Assembly: GCA_963747395.1 (NCBI GenBank) | Contig: CAVVEX010000016.1 | Coordinates: 765,782-829,781 of the forward strand | DNA from: an uncultured Actinomycetes bacterium | GTDB taxonomy: Bacteria; Actinomycetota; Actinomycetes; Acidothermales; Acidothermaceae | DNA: 64,000 nucleotides | Direction of reading: 5' to 3' | In this document: piece by piece, positions 7,565 to 19,002 of the stretch | Layout of the letters: the number at the start of each line of letters is the position of its first letter | How positions within the stretch are numbered: position 1 is the first letter of the stretch | The notes under the pieces: generated by a model | The model's input: the letters and a program-made list of their open reading frames with translations, nothing else | The model's database searches: none | Told to the model about the DNA's origin: nothing | Program-made: the position numbers and the translations under genes

Positions 7565-10500
7565 GTGAGCCCCAACCCACAGTCACTGCGTGCCGAGCTG
7601 TCCCGCCGCGTCGTCGTCGCCGATGGCGCCATGGGCACGATGCTGCAGACCTTCGAGCTTGATCTTGACGACTTCGAGGGTCACGAGGGCTGCAACGAGA
7701 TTCTCAACGCGACGCGCCCCGACGTCGTCCGGGCCATCCACGACGCCTACTTCGAAGTCGGCTGCGACGCTGTCGAGACCAACACTTTCGGGGCCAACGC
7801 GGCAAACCTCGGTGAGTACGGCATCGCCGACCGGATCCACGAGCTCGCGCTGTCCGGCGCTCGGATCGCCAGAGAGTCGGCCGACGCGTGGTCGACGCCC
7901 GAACACCCGCGATTCGTGCTCGGCGCGGTCGGCCCGGGGACGAAGCTTCCCACCCTCGGCCACGCTCCGTTCTCGACGCTTCGCGACGCCTACCAAGAAC
8001 AGGCCGCCGGGCTGATCGAGGGTGGCGCCGACGCGATCATCGTCGAGACTGCGCAAGACCTGCTTCAAATGAAGGCCGCGATCATCGGCGCGAAGCGGGC
8101 GATGCGCGACGCGAACGCCGATCTTGTGCTGATCGCGCAGGTGACGATCGAGGCCACCGGCACGATGCTGCTTGGTTCGGAGATCGGCGCGGCGCTCACG
8201 GCGCTCGAGCCGCTCGGCATCGACCTGATCGGGCTCAACTGCGCGACCGGACCGGCCGAAATGGGCGAGCACCTGCGCTACCTCGCCCGCCACGCGCGCC
8301 TCGGCATCTCGTGCATGCCCAACGCCGGCTTGCCGGTGCTAGGTCGCGACGGCGCCACCTTCCCGCTGACGCCGGACGAGCTCGCCGACGCGCACGACAC
8401 GTTCACCCGCGAGCACGGCCTCGGGCTCGTCGGCGGCTGCTGCGGCACCACGCCCGCGCACCTGCGCCAGGTCGTCGAGCGGGTTCGCGGCCGCGAGATC
8501 ACCCCCCGCAAGCCGCTGCCCGAGGCCGGCATCTCCTCGCTTTACCAGCACGTCCCATTCCGGCAAGACACGTCCTACCTCGCCGTCGGCGAGCGCACCA
8601 ACGCGAACGGCTCGAAGGCGTTCCGCGAGGCGATGATCGAAGGCCGGTTCGACGATTGCGTCGAGGTCGCCCGGGCGGCCAGCCGCGATGGCTCGCACCT
8701 CATCGACGTGTGCGTCGACTACGTCGGCCGCGACGGCGTCGCGGACATGCGCGAGATCGCGGGCCGCTTCGCGACGGCGTCCACCCTGCCGATCATGCTC
8801 GACTCCACCGAGCCGCCGGTCGTCGAGGCCGGCCTCGAGGCACTCGGCGGCCGCAGCGTGATCAACTCGGTCAACTTCGAGGACGGCGAGGACCCCACCT
8901 CTCGGTTCGCGCGCATCATGCCGATCGTGCGGGAGCACGGCGCCGCCGTGGTCGCGCTGACCATCGACGAGACCGGCCAAGCCCGCACACCGGAGCACAA
9001 GGTCGCCATCGCAGAGCGACTCATCGAGACGCTCACCGGGCAGTGGGGGATGCGCGAGAGCGACATCATGATCGACTGCCTGACGTTCACGTTGGGCACC
9101 GGTCAGGAGGAGAGCCGGCGCGACGGCGTGGCGACCATCGAGGCGATCCGCGAGATCAAGTCACGTCACCCGAGCGTGCAGACCGTCCTTGGTCTGTCCA
9201 ACATCTCCTTCGGCCTGCGGCCGGCCGCCCGCGAGGTCCTCAACTCCGTCTTCCTCGCCGAGTGCGTGCGCGCCGGCCTCGACGCCGCGATCGTGCACGC
9301 GTCGAAAATCATGCCGGTCGCGCGAATTCCCGACGAACAAAGGGAAGTCGCGCTCGATCTGATCTACGACCGGCGCCGCGACGGTTACGACCCGCTGTCG
9401 AAGTTCCTCGAGTTGTTCGAAGGCGTGACCAGCGCCGACGCCAAGCTGACCCGCGCTCAAGAGCTGGCCGCCCTGCCGCTTTCCGAGCGGCTCGCCCGCC
9501 GCATCATCGACGGCGAGAAGGTCGGTCTGGAAGCCGACCTCGAGGAGGCGCTGCAGACCCGGCCGGCGTTGGAGATCGTGAACGACACCCTGCTCGAAGG
9601 CATGAAGGTCGTCGGCGAACTGTTCGGGCGCGGCGAGATGCAGCTGCCGTTCGTGCTGCAGTCGGCCGAGGTCATGAAGACCGCCGTCGCCTACCTCGAA
9701 CCGCACATGGAGAAGACCGACGAAGGCGGCAAAGGCACGATCGTGCTCGCCACGGTGAAGGGCGACGTCCACGACATCGGCAAGAACCTGGTCGACATCA
9801 TCTTGTCGAACAATGGCTACAGCGTGGTGAATCTCGGCATCAAGCAGCCGGTCTCGGCGATCATCGAGGCGGCCGAGGAGAGCAGCGCCGACGCCATCGG
9901 CATGTCGGGCCTGCTGGTGAAGTCGACCGTCATCATGAAGGAAAACCTCGAGGAGATCGACTCCCGCGGGCTGGGCACTCGATGGCCGGTGTTGCTCGGC
10001 GGCGCCGCGCTGACGCGCGCATACGTCGAGCAGGACCTCGCGGAGCAGTTCTCCGGCGAAGTGCGTTACGCGCGCGACGCGTTCGAAGGGCTTCGTTTGA
10101 TGGACGCCGTGATGGCCGTCAAGCGCGGCGTGGAGGGCGCTTCCTTGCCGCCGCTGCGGCAACGCCGCGTTCGCGTCGTCGAGACGGCGGACGACGAGGG
10201 CGAGTCGCCGACGCGCTCGGACGTCCGCGACGACCACCCGGTTCCGGTGCCGCCGTTTTGGGGCACCCGCGTCGTCAAAGGCGTTCCCCTTGCCGACTAC
10301 ACCGAATTGCTTGACGAAAAGGCCACTTTCGCCGGTCGTTGGGGCCTGCGCGGCACCCGCGGCGGACCGTCGTATGAAGACTTGGTCGAGACCGAAGGCC
10401 GGCCGCGCTTGCGCAAGTGGCTCGACCGCATGAAGACCGACGGTTTGCTCGACGCGGGTGTCGTCTACGGGTACTTCCCGTGCGTGAGCGAGGGCAACGA

Positions 10501-11029
10501 CCTCGTCGTCCTCGATGAGAGCGGCGATGAGCGCATCCGCTTCACCTTCCCGCGGCAGCGTCGCGACCGTCGGCTGTGCCTCGCTGACTTCTTCCGGTCG
10601 CGCGAGTCTGGGGAGACCGACGTCGTCGCGTTCCAGGTCGTCACCATCGGTTCGAAGGTCAGCGACGCGACGGCGGCGTTGTTCGCCGACAACGCGTATC
10701 GCGACTACCTCGAGCTGCACGGCCTGTCGGTGCAGCTGGCCGAAGCGCTCGCCGAGTTATGGCACCGGCGCGTCCGCGGCGAACTGGGCTTCGTCGGTGA
10801 CGACCACCCTGACGTCCAGCAGGTGCTCGAGCACCAGGGCTACCGCGGGTCGCGCTACTCGTTCGGCTATCCGGCGTGTCCCGACCTCGAAGACCGCGCG
10901 AAACTCGTCGCGCTGCTCGATCCGAAGCGCATCGGCGTGACGTTGTCGGAGGAGTTCCAGCTCGCGCCTGAGCAGTCGACCGACGCCATCGTCGTCCACC
11001 ACCCGGAAGCGAAGTACTTCAGCGCGTGA
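7565..11029 (+). CDS. metH: cobalamin-dependent methionine synthase
   Basis: Motifs VVADGAMGTMLQ (Hcy domain), GLNCATGPAEM, the B12-binding motif KGDVHDIGKNLV, and a C-terminal AdoMet activation domain. Likely GTG start at 7565 (VSPNPQSLRAEL). The ORF extension back to 7265 reads through the 12-bp repeat. Confidence 0.92.
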   Translation: MSPNPQSLRAELSRRVVVADGAMGTMLQTFELDLDDFEGHEGCNEILNATRPDVVRAIHDAYFEVGCDAVETNTFGANAANLGEYGIADRIHELALSGARIARESADAWSTPEHPRFVLGAVGPGTKLPTLGHAPFSTLRDAYQEQAAGLIEGGADAIIVETAQDLLQMKAAIIGAKRAMRDANADLVLIAQVTIEATGTMLLGSEIGAALTALEPLGIDLIGLNCATGPAEMGEHLRYLARHARLGISCMPNAGLPVLGRDGATFPLTPDELADAHDTFTREHGLGLVGGCCGTTPAHLRQVVERVRGREITPRKPLPEAGISSLYQHVPFRQDTSYLAVGERTNANGSKAFREAMIEGRFDDCVEVARAASRDGSHLIDVCVDYVGRDGVADMREIAGRFATASTLPIMLDSTEPPVVEAGLEALGGRSVINSVNFEDGEDPTSRFARIMPIVREHGAAVVALTIDETGQARTPEHKVAIAERLIETLTGQWGMRESDIMIDCLTFTLGTGQEESRRDGVATIEAIREIKSRHPSVQTVLGLSNISFGLRPAAREVLNSVFLAECVRAGLDAAIVHASKIMPVARIPDEQREVALDLIYDRRRDGYDPLSKFLELFEGVTSADAKLTRAQELAALPLSERLARRIIDGEKVGLEADLEEALQTRPALEIVNDTLLEGMKVVGELFGRGEMQLPFVLQSAEVMKTAVAYLEPHMEKTDEGGKGTIVLATVKGDVHDIGKNLVDIILSNNGYSVVNLGIKQPVSAIIEAAEESSADAIGMSGLLVKSTVIMKENLEEIDSRGLGTRWPVLLGGAALTRAYVEQDLAEQFSGEVRYARDAFEGLRLMDAVMAVKRGVEGASLPPLRQRRVRVVETADDEGESPTRSDVRDDHPVPVPPFWGTRVVKGVPLADYTELLDEKATFAGRWGLRGTRGGPSYEDLVETEGRPRLRKWLDRMKTDGLLDAGVVYGYFPCVSEGNDLVVLDESGDERIRFTFPRQRRDRRLCLADFFRSRESGETDVVAFQVVTIGSKVSDATAALFADNAYRDYLELHGLSVQLAEALAELWHRRVRGELGFVGDDHPDVQQVLEHQGYRGSRYSFGYPACPDLEDRAKLVALLDPKRIGVTLSEEFQLAPEQSTDAIVVHHPEAKYFSA

Positions 11030-11712
11030 CCACCACCGATACCTCGTCGCACGAGATCTCGCGCGGCGCGTTGCCCGCCGCCGTGCTGTTCGACATGGAC
11101 GGCCTGCTCATCGACACCGAACCGCTGTGGTTCGAGGTCGAGACGCAGATCCTCGCCGACCTCGGCGCCACCTGGGACGCGTCCGACCACGCGACCCTCG
11201 TCGGCAGCTCGTCCGCCGTCGCGTCGGCGTTCATCAGCGAGAAGTCCGGCGGCCGCGCGACCCCGCAGCAGATCGCCGACGAGCTGCTGCCTCGGATGGC
11301 CAAGCGGTTGCGCGACACCCCGCCGCTGCAGCCGGGGGCGCTTCGCTTCATCAACGAGTTGGACGACGCGGGCGTCCCGCGGGCGCTCGTCTCGTCGTCC
11401 GCTCGGCTCTTGATCGACGCCGCGCTGGAGGGTCTGGCCCTGACGTTCGACGTGATCGTCGCGGGCGACGCGGTGAGCAACAACAAGCCGCATCCCGAGC
11501 CGTACCTGAAGGCGGCTCAACTTCTCGGCGTCGACGCGCGCGACTGCCTGGCCCTGGAGGATTCACCCACCGGGGCCGCGTCGGCGACGGCGGCCGGTTG
11601 CGTCGTCATCGCGGTGCCCAGCGTCACGGACATCGACCCAGCCGAGCGACGGTTCGTCGTCCCGTCGCTCGACCAGGTCGATTTGCCTTTCGTGCGCTCG
11701 CTTTTCGGCTGA
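11026..11712 (+). CDS. HAD family hydrolase
   Basis: DxD motif in AVLFDMDGLLIDTE, plus LVSSS and EDSPTGAASATAAG. A 4-nt overlap with the metH stop. Confidence 0.8.
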   Translation: MTTTDTSSHEISRGALPAAVLFDMDGLLIDTEPLWFEVETQILADLGATWDASDHATLVGSSSAVASAFISEKSGGRATPQQIADELLPRMAKRLRDTPPLQPGALRFINELDDAGVPRALVSSSARLLIDAALEGLALTFDVIVAGDAVSNNKPHPEPYLKAAQLLGVDARDCLALEDSPTGAASATAAGCVVIAVPSVTDIDPAERRFVVPSLDQVDLPFVRSLFG

Positions 11713-11737
11713 CCGTCGGTTCTTCGGCGACCCGCCG

Positions 11738-14284
11738 CTACTCGGCAGCGATCGCCGCCAGGACCGGACGACGCGAGGCGCGCCAGGCCGGCACGAGCGC
11801 GGCAAGCACTCCGATCACGCCCGCGCCGATTACGTAGGCGACGAACTGCGCCACCGGGAACACGACGCGGTTCAGCTGCCCGCCGCTCGTCGACACGATC
11901 GCCCAACCGAACAACGCGCCGAGCGCCAGACCGAGCAGCGCGCCGAACACCGCGATGACCACCGACTCGAGCCGCACCATCCGCCGCAACTGGCGACGCG
12001 TCATGCCGATCGCGCGAAGCAGGCCGATCTCGCGGGTGCGCTCGTACACCGACAACGCCAACGTGTTGACGATGCCGAGCACCGCGATGAGCAAGGCCAA
12101 GGCGAGCAGTCCGAAAATGAGCCCGACGAACTGGTCGATTTGCTTGCTGATCGAGTCCTTGTAATCGGCCTGGCTCTGGATTTTGACCTGTGGATAGGCC
12201 TTCAGGCTCTGGGCGAGCGCGTTGGCGGTCGCGACTCGTTGATCGGGCTTGGCTAGCACGTAGACAATCGCGTCGAGTTGGCTGTTGTAGTTCTGCTCGT
12301 ACGTCGGCAAAGAGATGAGGTAGTCGGCGCCGCCGTTTCCAAGCAGGTTGTTGTCGGCGAAGACACCGCCGACCCGCAGTTGCGTCTTGCCACCGGTCGG
12401 AAACTCGACCGCGACAGTGTCGCCCACACGCCACTTGTTCGCGTCTGCCTTCGTCTTGGAGACCAGTAACTCGTTGTCCTTGAGCGCGTTGAGCGAGCCC
12501 GACTTCATGTCGACCTTGATGACCTGACCGATGTTGTCGGAGACGGCGACCAGCATCGCGGTCTTGCCGTTCAAGTGCGCAGCGCCCATGCGGGTCTCGC
12601 CGAGTGTCGCGACGCCTGGTGTCTGGCGGGCCTTGGCTGCGACGTCGGGGGAGAAGCCCTGGAAGGACTGCGAGGTCAGCACGTAGTCGGCGCCGAGGTT
12701 CTTGTTGACGACGGCGGCGATCGACGATTTTGTCGACGTGGCGAGCACCGACAGCATCGAGACCAGCGCGAGACCGATCATCAGCGCGGCCGCCGTCGAC
12801 GCGGTGCGACGCGGGTTGCGAATCGCGTTCGACCGCGCCAGCTGCCCGCTCGTGCCGTACATGCGCGCGAACGGCGCGCCGATGAACCGCACCACCGGGC
12901 GGCTGAGTAGCGCGCTCATCACCCAAACGCCGATCATCACGAGAGCGATGCCGATGCCTACCTTGGCGGCGGCGCCGCCGCTATTCCCGCGAATTGAGCT
13001 CGCCATGAACGCGACGCCAATGGCGGTGACCACGCCGCCGAGGATCGCCCGCACCCGCAGCGAGCGTTCCGGCAACGCGACGCCGTCGCGCATCGCGGCG
13101 ACCGGCGGTATCCGCGAAGCGCGCAGCGCGGGAGCGGCCGCGGCCACCAGCGTCACGAGCACGCCGACGATGTATGCCGCGATGACGGTGTGGCCTTTCA
13201 CGATCAGGGAACCGGCGGGCATCGACACGCCTACGGCGTCGAGCAAGCCGCGGACGCCGATCGCCACCAGCAAACCAACACCAAGACCGACGGTCGACGC
13301 GATGACACCGATGACGAACGACTCGCCAAGCACCGACGTCATCACCTGTTTGCGGCTCGCCCCGATCGCGCGCAGCAACGCCAGCTCCCTCGTGCGTTGC
13401 GCGACGAGCATCGTGAAGGTGTTGAGGATGATGAACAGCCCGACGAACAGGGCGACGCCCGCGAAGATCAGCAGGAAGACGTTGAAGAATCCGAGCGCCT
13501 TGTTGATGGAGTCGGACTGCTCCTTCTGCACCGCCTTCCCGGTGACGGCCTGATAGCCCGAGGGCAGCGCTTTGCCGATGCGGTCGGCCAGCGCCTGCTG
13601 CGAGACGCCCTTCACAGCTTGCACGTCGATCTGGTTGAAGAAGCCGGGTTTCCCGGTGACCTGCTGCGCGGTCTGCGGGTCGAAGACACTCAACACGGCG
13701 CCGGCCAGGTTGCTGCTGCCGCCGACGGTGACGATGCCGACGATGTTCGCCTTCATCGGCTCACCCTGCGTCTGCACGGTGACCGGGTCGCCGACGTGCA
13801 GCTTGTAGTTGTCGGCCGCGCTCTTGTCGACAGCGACCTGCCCGGGGCCGGTGGGTCCGTGGCCGGCGACGAACTCGAGTGTTCCGAAGTTGGACGGCGT
13901 CCATGACACGGCGAGGGTCGGCGGGCCGGCCGACTTCGGCTTGACCGCCTTGCCGTCGCTCGTCACGAGCAGGTCGTTACCCTCGATCGACCCGACCACG
14001 TCGGCGACGCCGTCGACCGATTTCACCTGCGTGACAAGGCTTTCCGGGACCAACTTGCGGTCGGTGTTGGAGCCGATGTCAGTCGTGGAGAAGTCCGATT
14101 GCGCTCGCACGACGACGCTGAGATTCTTGCTGGTGCGACCGACGAGGTCGTTGAACGTCGACTTCAAGGTGTCGGTGAAAACGAGCGTCCCGGCGAGGAA
14201 GCCGATGCCGATGACGACCGACAGGCCGGTCAGCAGCAGTCTGACCTTGTGCGCGAACAAGTTGCGCATCGTGGCGCGAAGCAT
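11738..14284 (-). CDS. ABC transporter permease, FtsX/MacB-like (two FtsX domains)
   Basis: 848-aa uninterrupted ORF. MLRATMRNLFAHKVRLLLTGLSVVIGI at the N-terminus, and a second FtsX module with RTREIGLLRAIGMTRRQL. Confidence 0.85.
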   Translation of the reverse strand: MLRATMRNLFAHKVRLLLTGLSVVIGIGFLAGTLVFTDTLKSTFNDLVGRTSKNLSVVVRAQSDFSTTDIGSNTDRKLVPESLVTQVKSVDGVADVVGSIEGNDLLVTSDGKAVKPKSAGPPTLAVSWTPSNFGTLEFVAGHGPTGPGQVAVDKSAADNYKLHVGDPVTVQTQGEPMKANIVGIVTVGGSSNLAGAVLSVFDPQTAQQVTGKPGFFNQIDVQAVKGVSQQALADRIGKALPSGYQAVTGKAVQKEQSDSINKALGFFNVFLLIFAGVALFVGLFIILNTFTMLVAQRTRELALLRAIGASRKQVMTSVLGESFVIGVIASTVGLGVGLLVAIGVRGLLDAVGVSMPAGSLIVKGHTVIAAYIVGVLVTLVAAAAPALRASRIPPVAAMRDGVALPERSLRVRAILGGVVTAIGVAFMASSIRGNSGGAAAKVGIGIALVMIGVWVMSALLSRPVVRFIGAPFARMYGTSGQLARSNAIRNPRRTASTAAALMIGLALVSMLSVLATSTKSSIAAVVNKNLGADYVLTSQSFQGFSPDVAAKARQTPGVATLGETRMGAAHLNGKTAMLVAVSDNIGQVIKVDMKSGSLNALKDNELLVSKTKADANKWRVGDTVAVEFPTGGKTQLRVGGVFADNNLLGNGGADYLISLPTYEQNYNSQLDAIVYVLAKPDQRVATANALAQSLKAYPQVKIQSQADYKDSISKQIDQFVGLIFGLLALALLIAVLGIVNTLALSVYERTREIGLLRAIGMTRRQLRRMVRLESVVIAVFGALLGLALGALFGWAIVSTSGGQLNRVVFPVAQFVAYVIGAGVIGVLAALVPAWRASRRPVLAAIAAE

Positions 14285-15051
14285 TAGCCGACCTCTCCGA
14301 CGGTCTCCAGCTTGGCCATCCGCTCGAACAGCACCGACTGCGTAGGCTCGTGCAACTCGTCGACGACCCGGCCGTCGGAAAGGAACACGACGTGGTCGGC
14401 GTGGGACGCGGCCGCCGGGTCGTGCGTGACCATGACGATGGTCTGGCCCATCTCGCGAACGGAACGCCGCAGCAGGCCGAGCACCTCGGCGCCTGAGCGC
14501 GAGTCGAGGTTGCCGGTCGGCTCGTCAGCGAAGATGATCGACGGTCTCGACGCGAGCGCGCGAGCGCAGGCGACCCGCTGTTGCTGCCCGCCGGAAAGCT
14601 CGGACGGCTTGTGATCCAGCCGGTCGCGCAGCCCGACGGTGTCGATCACCGTGTCGAGCCATTCCCGGTCTGGCTTGCGACCAGCGATGTCCATCGGCAG
14701 CGTGATGTTCTCCAGCGCGCTGAGCGTCGGGATCAGGTTGAACGACTGGAAGATGAAGCCGACCGACTCACGACGCAGCCGGGTGAGCGCCTTGTCGTCG
14801 AGCCGGTTGATCTCGATGTCGCCGATGAAGGCGCTGCCGGACGTGATCGAGTCAAGGCCCGCGAGGCAGTGCATCAGGGTCGACTTGCCCGAACCCGACG
14901 GGCCCATGATCGCGCTGAAGTGGCCGCGATCGAACCCGATCGACACCGAGTCCAGCGCGATCACCCGCGTCTCGCCCTCGCCGTACACCTTCGCCATTTC
15001 AACCGCGTGGGCGGCGGCGGTGGCGGTCCGCTCGGTGGGGACGGTGCTCAT
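14284..15051 (-). CDS. ABC transporter ATP-binding protein
   Basis: GPSGSGKSTLMHCLAGLD, LSGGQQQRVACARAL, IIFADEPTGNLD, VMVTHD. ATG at 15051 (MSTVPTERT). A 1-nt overlap with the permease start. Confidence 0.88.
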   Translation of the reverse strand: MSTVPTERTATAAAHAVEMAKVYGEGETRVIALDSVSIGFDRGHFSAIMGPSGSGKSTLMHCLAGLDSITSGSAFIGDIEINRLDDKALTRLRRESVGFIFQSFNLIPTLSALENITLPMDIAGRKPDREWLDTVIDTVGLRDRLDHKPSELSGGQQQRVACARALASRPSIIFADEPTGNLDSRSGAEVLGLLRRSVREMGQTIVMVTHDPAAASHADHVVFLSDGRVVDELHEPTQSVLFERMAKLETVGEVG

Positions 15052-15269
15052 CGTCTGTCGACTCCTAGGTTCGGGCAGATCGGCGCGGCGCTGGGGCCGC
15101 CCCATCGTGAGTCGCGACCATATGGCCGCAGGGCTGTCACGGGATCAGGGTCAGCCCTGGAGTCTTCCCTGGCACAGCCCTGAGTTCCAACCGCTTTTGC
15201 GTCATCCACGCTACGAGAAAGGGCGCGCCCGCGATGCCCACGAACGCCACTAAAGCCGTGTGACAATAG

Positions 15270-15350
15270 TCAAGTTCGTTGCTGGCGCAACCGCCGTCAA
15301 GTTCGTTGCTGGCGCAACCGCCGTCAAGCTCGTTGCGGACGCAACGAGCG
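15270..15350. repeat. 3 x 27-nt tandem repeat, each unit containing a GTTGC-N4-GCAAC hairpin
   Basis: tcaagttcgttgctggcgcaaccgccg occurs twice perfectly (15270-15296, 15297-15323), with one diverged copy tcaagctcgttgcggacgcaacgagcg (15324-15350). It lies immediately 3' of the minus-strand nuclease gene. Confidence 0.85.
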
Positions 15351-16254
15351 TCAAGGCGCTGCGTCCAGCTCGTCCGGCTCGTCGACCGGGGCGACCGCCT
15401 TTTCACCGACCGGCTGCGGGTACGCCGGCGGCGTACCGCCGAACTCCGGGCAGATGGCTTGATGCGCGCACCACTCGCAGAGCCGGCTCGGCCGGGCGGG
15501 GAAATCCTGCTTCGCCAGCCCGCGCTCGATCGCGTCCCACAGCGCGCGGACTTTTCGCTCGGCCGCTCGCAGGTCGGCCTCATCCGGCTGATAACGCAAC
15601 ACCTGACCGTCACCGAGATAAATTCAGCTGCAGCAAAGACGGAATCGTTCCGGTGACCCGCCACATCACCAGCGCGTAAAACTTCAGCTGAAAAAGCGAC
15701 TTCTCCTCAAACAACTCCGACGGCGCATTGCCTGTCTTGTAATCGACGATCCGAATGCGACCGTCGGGCGCGACGTCGACGCGATCGACGAAGCCGCGCA
15801 ACCGGATGCCGGCGCTGCCGCCGTCGAGCTGGGCTTCGACCAGCAGCTCGCGCTGCGCGGGTTCGATCCGGCGCGGGTCTTCGAGCGAGAAATAGGTCTC
15901 CAGCAGCCGGCGCGCGCTCGCCAGCCACTGCGCGAACGACTCGTCGTCTGGCGAGGGGAACAGCTCCGTGAGCTCGGGACGCTCGACGAGCAACTGCTGC
16001 CATTGGGGCTCGAGCGACTCCGCGGCGCGGTCGATCGTGCGGTCGGCCGCCGGCAGGTCGAACAAGCGCTCCAGGACCGCGTGCACGAGCGTGCCTCGCG
16101 TGGCGACCGAGCTCGGCGGCTCAGGCAGCCTGTCGATCACGCGGAACCGGTACAGCAACGGGCAGGACATGAAATCGCCGGCGCGCGACGGCGACAACGC
16201 CCACGGGCGAGCCGCCGGCTCCCCGGCGTTCTCGGCAATCGGCAGCGCGGTCAT
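15351..16254 (-). pseudogene. RecB-family (PD-(D/E)XK, Cas4-like Cys cluster) exonuclease, one frameshift near 15623
   Basis: ORF 15610..16254(-) ends ...GTIPSLLQLNLSR*. ORF 15351..15602(-) continues LRYQPDEADLRAAERKV...LCEWCAHQAICPEFGG. Removing one base from ctgAAtttat (15619-15627) gives LLQLIYLGDGQVLRYQPDE in a single frame. Confidence 0.8.
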
Positions 16255-16414
16255 GACGGCAGCGTAGGGGAGCGGTCGGACACCGCGGGCCTGCCGCGCC
16301 GTGCCCTGTGCGCCATCGCGCCACGGCGGGCCGGTTGGGTAAAACTTCGGGCGACGGACGGCCGGTCGCCACGTCGCACAGCGGCGGCACCTGCCGGGCC
16401 CATAGCATCGAGGC

Positions 16415-18500
<2,086 letters not shown>

Positions 18501-18515
18501 CGACGCGCCGGCCGG

Positions 18516-18806
18516 CTACCCGGCGTCCGGGCCCTCGACCTCGACGCCGTCGCTGGCCCGCACCACGTGGATGCACAACCCGGGGCATTTGCGCGCCGAC
18601 AGCGCGACCTCGTCGAAGGTGTCGGCCGGGACCTCGGCGCGCGCGCCGGTGTCGGTGAGCAGCTCGCCCGCGTCGTCCTTCACGTAGGCCAGGCCGTCGA
18701 TGTCGAACTCGAAGACGTTGCTGGCCTCTTGCACGCACAGCCCGTCGCCAGTGCACAGACTCTGGTCGATCCAGACCTGGTAGCGCTCGTCCGGTGCCGC
18801 GGCCAC
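18516..18806 (-). CDS. ferredoxin (single-cluster type)
   Basis: VAAAPDERYQVWIDQSLCTGDGLCVQEASNVFEF...ARKCPGLCIHV. The GTG at 18806 is preceded by GAGGAG. The rest of ORF 18516..19487 is antisense to arc. Confidence 0.8.
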   Translation of the reverse strand: MAAAPDERYQVWIDQSLCTGDGLCVQEASNVFEFDIDGLAYVKDDAGELLTDTGARAEVPADTFDEVALSARKCPGLCIHVVRASDGVEVEGPDAG

Positions 18807-19002
18807 GCAAGACTCCTCAAGATCGTTTCGTGCCCACTCCGACGCCGGCTCGAACTCACGGACAGTTGCCGCCGTCTGATACGTCAGGTCCGACCTTCTT
18901 CCGACGATAACAAGGTGTTGTTCACGCTGTTGAGGACGGTTCCGGCGGCCCCGCCGAGGATAGGCTCGACGCGAGAACGGCAAGGCATGGCAACTGCCTC
19001 GA

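Noticed and set aside
9161-10720. 519-aa ORF antisense to metH, and the 808-aa alternative-frame ORF 7888..10314
   Set aside because: Both lie wholly inside metH, whose frame carries all the conserved domains. The alternatives are Arg/Pro/Gly-rich nonsense.
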